Below are positions 59,414-64,000 of a DNA stretch of 64,000 nucleotides, piece by piece. This DNA comes from an uncultured delta proteobacterium (GTDB lineage Bacteria; Myxococcota_A; Polyangia; Polyangiales; Polyangiaceae). The position numbers and the translations under genes are program-made. The notes below the pieces were generated by a model that had not been told where the DNA came from, ran no database searches, and was given only the letters and a program-made list of their open reading frames with translations. The first letter of the stretch is position 1. Each line of letters starts with the position of its first letter. The stretch covers positions 1,131,418 to 1,195,417 of the forward strand of contig CAWJCS010000002.1 of the NCBI GenBank assembly GCA_963841435.1. The letters are read 5' to 3'.

Positions 59414-60544
59414 CTACGGCTTGGCGACAGTGTCGCCCGGAGCCGTTTCCACGCTATTGCCATCGATGCGCGCGATCGCGCTGCGAAGGTCGTTCGCGTC
59501 GAGGTCCGCGTAGCGCTGCGTGGTCGCGAGGTCCGAGTGCCCCGCCAGCTGCTGGATCGCCACGGCCGGCGCTCCGTTTCGGAAGAGCTCCGTCACGAAG
59601 AAGTGCCGCAGGTCGTGGAACGACCAGCCTTGCCGCCCAGCTCGCTTCAGGGCGCGTTTGAAGGCCTGGTTCAGGCCTGACTCGCCCCAGGGCTTGCCGA
59701 GCGCCGTGAGCGTCACCGGTGCCCACGGTCCCCGTCGTTCCCGCGCCGCTGCCTCGAGCGTTGCCCGAAGCGTTGGCGCCAGCGGGACCAGCCGCTGGTG
59801 GTGCGACTTGGGCGTCGTTTCCACGCCCACGGTGATCGCTCGCCGAACCACGAGCGTTCCGACCTTCAGGTCGACGTCCGACCACCGAAGTCCGCGCACC
59901 TCGCCGGCCCGTAGCCCCGCGAACGCGGCAAGCTCGAAAGCAAGCCGCGCCGATGGGCTCGAGTTCGTCAGGATGGCGTCCAGGTCCGCGCGCCGCATGG
60001 GGCGGGGGACCTTTCGGCCAATCCTCGGAAGCGGAGGGAGCGCCGGCATCGTGGCGAGCATGCCGGCGCGAACCGCGGTCCGCAGAACCGAACGGAGTAC
60101 CGTTTGGACCTTGGCGCGCGTTGACGGCACGAGCCCGTCCGCCACGAGCTCAACGTCGAGCTTCGTGAGCGCGTTGCCGTCGATGGTCTCGAGCGGCTCC
60201 CCGCCGAATCGCGGAACGAGCAGCATGTCGATCCGATTCTCGTAGCCGGCGCGCGTCGAAGGCTTCAGCGCGTTCTTCATGTGGGTCGCCCGAAAATGCC
60301 GAACTGCATCGTCGAAGGTGTACCGATGCGGCTCCGGTTCGGGCTCTGGCATATCGCCCGATTTCGGAAGCGACCCGGAACGCGTTAGCTCGACAAGTAG
60401 GCGCCGGTTTTCCGCCTCGGCGCCAGTCTTCGTTTGCACCTGCGCGTCGCGGCGGTAACGGCGTCGCTTGCCGTCTGCTGTCCTGTACGGGATGTCAATG
60501 ACCCAGCGGGACTTGCCGTCCCGGTCTTCTTTGCGAGTGGTCAC
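59414..60544 (-). CDS. int: Tyrosine recombinase / integrase
   Basis: Arm-binding N-terminus (RWVIDIPY..GKRRR); catalytic GLRAGE (R), TPKS (K), FHDLRH, LAGH, TQRY. GTG start at 60544. Confidence 0.95.
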   Translation of the reverse strand: MTTRKEDRDGKSRWVIDIPYRTADGKRRRYRRDAQVQTKTGAEAENRRLLVELTRSGSLPKSGDMPEPEPEPHRYTFDDAVRHFRATHMKNALKPSTRAGYENRIDMLLVPRFGGEPLETIDGNALTKLDVELVADGLVPSTRAKVQTVLRSVLRTAVRAGMLATMPALPPLPRIGRKVPRPMRRADLDAILTNSSPSARLAFELAAFAGLRAGEVRGLRWSDVDLKVGTLVVRRAITVGVETTPKSHHQRLVPLAPTLRATLEAAARERRGPWAPVTLTALGKPWGESGLNQAFKRALKRAGRQGWSFHDLRHFFVTELFRNGAPAVAIQQLAGHSDLATTQRYADLDANDLRSAIARIDGNSVETAPGDTVAKP

Positions 60545-60626
60545 GGTGGGGAAACTCCCCAGCCGGGACCGCCGCTTGCTTGGCCCGGCCAACGTATCAC
60601 GGCGTCGCACTGCGTCTCGCGCTGCA

Positions 60627-60833
60627 TCATTCCGTCCACGCCTTGTCGAACGAAACGCGCCAGCGATTCGCGAACTTGCGCCCTCGTACCCCGTCGACGA
60701 TCGCCTCGGTTCCACCGTCTGCTGCACGACGGACCCGCCGCTCGAGCAGTTTTCGGAGTGCCGCAGGCGTCACGCACAGCATGCGAGCGGCATCCCGCAA
60801 CGGGTACCAGCGGCGAGGTGACCGGTTGATCAT
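60627..60833 (-). CDS. Excisionase-like HTH protein
   Basis: 68 aa, basic: WYPLRDAARMLCVTPAALRKLL...GRKFANRWRV (MerR-like winged HTH pattern); directly upstream of int. Confidence 0.7.
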   Translation of the reverse strand: MINRSPRRWYPLRDAARMLCVTPAALRKLLERRVRRAADGGTEAIVDGVRGRKFANRWRVSFDKAWTE

Positions 60834-60840
60834 CCGTGTC

Positions 60841-62272
60841 TCACCTGGGTTCCCGCGGCTGCCCGGACGGCTCGGTTGACCCGGAAGGCATCTCGCTCTG
60901 CCCGGGCTTGTCGGTGGTGGAGAAGCGGGCGAGCGCGGCGTTCGTACGCGACGCGACCACGAGCACCGCCCCGCGTGGTCCATGGCGCGCTAGCGCGTCG
61001 TTCGCGCATTGCGTTGCCGCGTGCGAGAACATTTCGGCATGCTTCTGCTGTACCCAAGCCTCTGCTTCGTCCGGCTGAAGCGCTTCGGAGAACGCAGCCT
61101 CATCGTCGAACACCTCGCCGACCGGTGTGACAAGCGCGGGAGGAAAGAGCTTCCCCGCTGCTGCAAGCGCGGACTGAACGGCGCCCGAGACGTGGGAAGG
61201 TCTCGCCCCGCCGCGGTGCTTGCGACTTCGCATGATCGGGGCTGCTTCATGCGCGAAGACGGTTCCCGCCACGACGTGCCAACGTGAATCCAACCGGCAG
61301 CGGACGCGCCGCGGGTTGGTGCCGGGCTCGATCATGCGAAGCCATCGGACGCAGCGTTGGAACACGGCGTCGAGTTGACCGGCCAGCGCCTGAGGATCCC
61401 GTAGACCGATCTCGTCCAGGAAATTCGCCTCGACATTGAAACTCGACCCGAGTGACGGGTTCTGAGCCGTTCCATCCGTGCTCGCTCCAGATACAGTGCT
61501 CGATGGCGCGCTTCTCTTCGCGACCCGGCAGGCGCAGTTCCACGTCTTTCGCGTAAACGCGCGCCATCAGCGGGTTACCCGCGGCAACCGTGAGGCCTGT
61601 CACTTGCGACGCTGCGTCGCGGTGTTCCCTCAGGCGAACTCCGATCTCGGCGTCAACCTCATCGAGATCCTTCGACTCAGTCCGGAACGACTCCATGCGG
61701 GCACGGGTCGTGAGCACGCGCTCCACGTCGCGGGAATCCAAGCCAAAACTTGCATAGTCCGCCGCGAGGTCGAATCGCCGCAGGCGTGCGTGCGACACGG
61801 CTCCGAAGGCGGACGCAAGCCGCACGCACAAGTCAACGGACTGCTCCAGCGAGTGAGTGGCCAGGAACGTCGCGCGCACGACCACCTCGAGCACGAAGTG
61901 CCCGCTCGCCTGTGGGTCGAACACACCGCGCAGATCCCCGTTTTCGAACCCCACACGCGATCGCGTGCGCCCACGTTTGAGGGCCAACGTGAATTCTCCC
62001 AGGCGCAGGGCCGCCGCGCCGGTTACGTCCGCCAGGGCCTGCCGCTCTGCAATTTCGTCGGAAGTCGCGCCGGGGACCTCGAGCCTGAACGCCACCACGA
62101 GGGCGTCAACGCGCCTGCCGACGCAGCGAACGTCACCGCCAAAAGCCACAGCCGCCGGACCGACTGGGACCGGGAGCGAGTTGGAAATCGCGGGAGTTTG
62201 CGCCCGTGATCCGGCCGGCCGGTTTTTGGCGGGGGGTGTTACTCGACCCCCGGGAGCCTCCGGCTGGCTCAC
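60841..62272 (-). CDS. Rep_trans-like rolling-circle replication initiator/relaxase, one frameshift
   Basis: RRFDLAAD, ARVYAK (candidate catalytic Tyr), VTRVEFQ; deleting one base at ~61422 continues as GEFLDEIGLRDP..VFQRCVRWLR into ORF 60841..61365; GTGA-coupled start. Confidence 0.72.
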
Positions 62273-63036
62273 GTCGCCCCTCCCGTGCCCTTCGGGCACC
62301 GGTCCCGTCGGGCGGCCTCTGGCGCATGCGCGTGGCGTGCGGACGGGACCGCGCCCGATCGCCCTCTGCGCTCGAACCCTACGAGCGGACCAGGTGGGTC
62401 CGCATCACCGGTACTTGGTCCGTCGTCCAACGTCGCGCCGCCGGCATCGACCTGCACCCGGCGCGACGGACGAAAGCGCGATACGCGTTGCGACGGGCGG
62501 CGTGACCGACCACGTGCGCGTTCGCGTCGCGGAGCAACCTGCTGAACACGCGGGCGCTTCGCGCGCACCTGGCTCGCATTCAAGCGGCGTTCCACCGCGC
62601 GTGCTTCGCCCCCACGACGGCGCGCGAGCTCGTCGCAACGGTCCGCGAACTCCGCGATGCTCCGGGCCGCTTCCCGCTGTTCTACTTCCGTGCCGTGTTC
62701 GACCTGCTGCTCGAGCCGGGCCGCCTCAGTTTCGTGACATTTTACGTCGTTTTCGCTCTGGGTGGCGTGTTCGTACATCGCCGTGAGGCTCTGCAGGTAC
62801 TCGACGAAGGCGCTCGGCGCGCCCGCGAGGTTGGCCAGTTCAAGCACCACGGACGCCATACCTGCAAGACGTTCGACACAATCCGAAGTCGGCCCACTCG
62901 ACGACGCGAGCGTGAGCAGTCGCTGCCAGGCAGCGTGCAAGGCAGACAGGATGGCAACTCGTTGCGCGTCGGTCCCGTACGCTTGTGCGCAGGCTACCCA
63001 CGATGCTAGGTTTCGCTTCGTTCCGGCGGCGTTCAT
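62269..63036 (-). CDS. Hypothetical protein of the element (helical, Arg-rich tail)
   Basis: ATG 63036; helical/coiled-coil character; stop overlaps the rep start. Confidence 0.5.
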   Translation of the reverse strand: MNAAGTKRNLASWVACAQAYGTDAQRVAILSALHAAWQRLLTLASSSGPTSDCVERLAGMASVVLELANLAGAPSAFVEYLQSLTAMYEHATQSENDVKCHETEAARLEQQVEHGTEVEQREAARSIAEFADRCDELARRRGGEARAVERRLNASQVRAKRPRVQQVAPRRERARGRSRRPSQRVSRFRPSRRVQVDAGGATLDDGPSTGDADPPGPLVGFERRGRSGAVPSARHAHAPEAARRDRCPKGTGGAT

Positions 63037-63210
63037 CGTTTCGCCCCAGAGCACGTCGTCGGCCCCCTTCGTTTGGTAGCGAGGGGCCGTCGCCGTGCGC
63101 CGCGACTTCCGCGAGGGTGGATCATGGCATTCAGGGACGCAAGGTCGCGAACGGGGCTCCCTGTCATTGTTTGGCCCCGAGACAGGGGGTGGAACATGCG
63201 CGTGGTTTCG

Positions 63211-63226
63211 TGTTTCACCTGAAACA
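63211..63226. promoter_or_regulatory. parS-like palindrome / operator
   Basis: TGTTTCACCTGAAACA, 15/16 match to the canonical parS TGTTTCACGTGAAACA; extra half-sites at 63189 (GTGGAACA) and 63232 (TGTTTCAC). Confidence 0.55.
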
Positions 63227-63441
63227 CCGCGTGTTTCACCTCCTGAGCCACGGTCCTCCGCGCCCGGCGGAAACGTCGTGGCTGCACTTCTGAAAGGGTC
63301 ATAGCCGGGCCGCCAACACATCAGCAGGCTTCCTCGACGCCCCTTCGTCGGGCCGCCGCGACGTTCACCGCGGCTCGCGATTTCCGGAGCGTCCTTGCCA
63401 CTGTTGGCAGGTGGCAGCCAGATGGGCATGATCCGCCCCCA

Positions 63442-64000
63442 ATGAGCCGCACCGACGGAGCCGTCACCAAGATCAGCGTCAAGGAGTTCACCGAACGCCT
63501 CAAGGCAGAGGTGGAAGAGCTTGCGCTCGAGAATGGCTTGGACACCAGCAAGGAGACGGATCGGGGATTCGCGTTCCAGTGCTGGGTAGCGAAACTCGTC
63601 AACGAGTACGAGGGCTACGACACTCCGCCGGAGGAGGCGGTGACGTTCGGCAGCGACGACCTGAAGGCTGATGTCGTTCTGGAAGACGAAACGCAGAAAC
63701 ACATTCTGATCTGCCAGTGCAAGTACGTGAGCCTGTCCAAGCGTCCCGCGGTTGACGAGTCGCAGGTCACCGATTTCTTCGGGCGCCATATCCTCTATCT
63801 TCAGCCGGCGTGGGTCCGTAAGCACGGATCCCATGCGGCGCAGGAACTACTTCTCAGTTATGCCGAACGTCTGCGAGATGACTATCGGGTGAGGTTCTGG
63901 TTTGTGACGACCGGCGACGCATCGGACCGCGTTCACGAGGCCGTCAACACGATCAACCGCGCGTACGAAGCGTCGGGCGCGCCGGTGACGTGTGAGCTGC
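63442..64000 (+). CDS. AIPR-like (abortive infection/phage resistance) protein, N-terminal part, truncated by the window
   Basis: Hand translation (no stop in the window): MSRTDGAVTK..RGFAFQCWVAK..GSDDLKADVVLEDETQKHILICQCKY..FWFVTTG; D-x3-D...QxKY restriction-endonuclease-like motif typical of AIPR N-termini. Confidence 0.65.
   Translation, partial: MSRTDGAVTKISVKEFTERLKAEVEELALENGLDTSKETDRGFAFQCWVAKLVNEYEGYDTPPEEAVTFGSDDLKADVVLEDETQKHILICQCKYVSLSKRPAVDESQVTDFFGRHILYLQPAWVRKHGSHAAQELLLSYAERLRDDYRVRFWFVTTGDASDRVHEAVNTINRAYEASGAPVTCEL

Larger units (their letters stand above)
59302..64000. mobile_element. tRNA-Arg-targeting integrative element, continues beyond the window
   Basis: att + integrase + excisionase-like + Rep_trans + defence cargo; sequence visibly more A/T-rich toward the right end. 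Confidence 0.85.

Noticed and set aside
38515-62272. Widespread pseudogenisation or programmed frameshifting
   Set aside because: Single-base indels share a context, no in-frame stops or decay accompany them, and no slippery heptamers were seen; sequencing error is more parsimonious.
63033-63834. Minus-strand ORFs 63033..63302 and the 5' extension of 62269..63834
   Set aside because: The extension is antisense to the AIPR-like gene; the VKH/VFQVKH/MFH peptides are simply translations of the parS-like sites.

Overview
High-GC window that reads like a Myxococcota (Polyangiaceae-like) chromosome; this is inferred from gene content. Bases 1-59.2 kb hold small housekeeping/accessory genes and many exported proteins built as lipobox + long Gly/Ala/Ser/Thr linker + catalytic or binding domain: two GH27 glycosidases, DUF4861, a cutinase-like hydrolase, ASST-like, NHL and Asp-box beta-propellers, two receptor-L-domain proteins, and a ~1500-aa EGF/beta-helix/RCC1 protein. 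They also hold two DUF1552 genes (one with its DUF1592-type partner) and three signalling modules: FHA-sigma54 activator/Ser-Thr kinase/TPR, histidine kinase/NtrC-type regulator with a sigma54 promoter, and an ECF sigma cluster. From ~59.3 kb to the window end lies the left part of an integrative element. It begins at a displaced 3' half of tRNA-Arg(CCT) (att site), followed by a tyrosine integrase, an excisionase-like HTH, a Rep_trans-type rolling-circle initiator with a candidate nick-site hairpin, a near-consensus parS-like palindrome and a divergent AIPR-like defence gene. At least six genes are split by single-base indels with a shared signature, most likely sequencing errors. No rRNA, complete tRNA or CRISPR array was seen. 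Family calls come from motif recognition by eye, not from searches.
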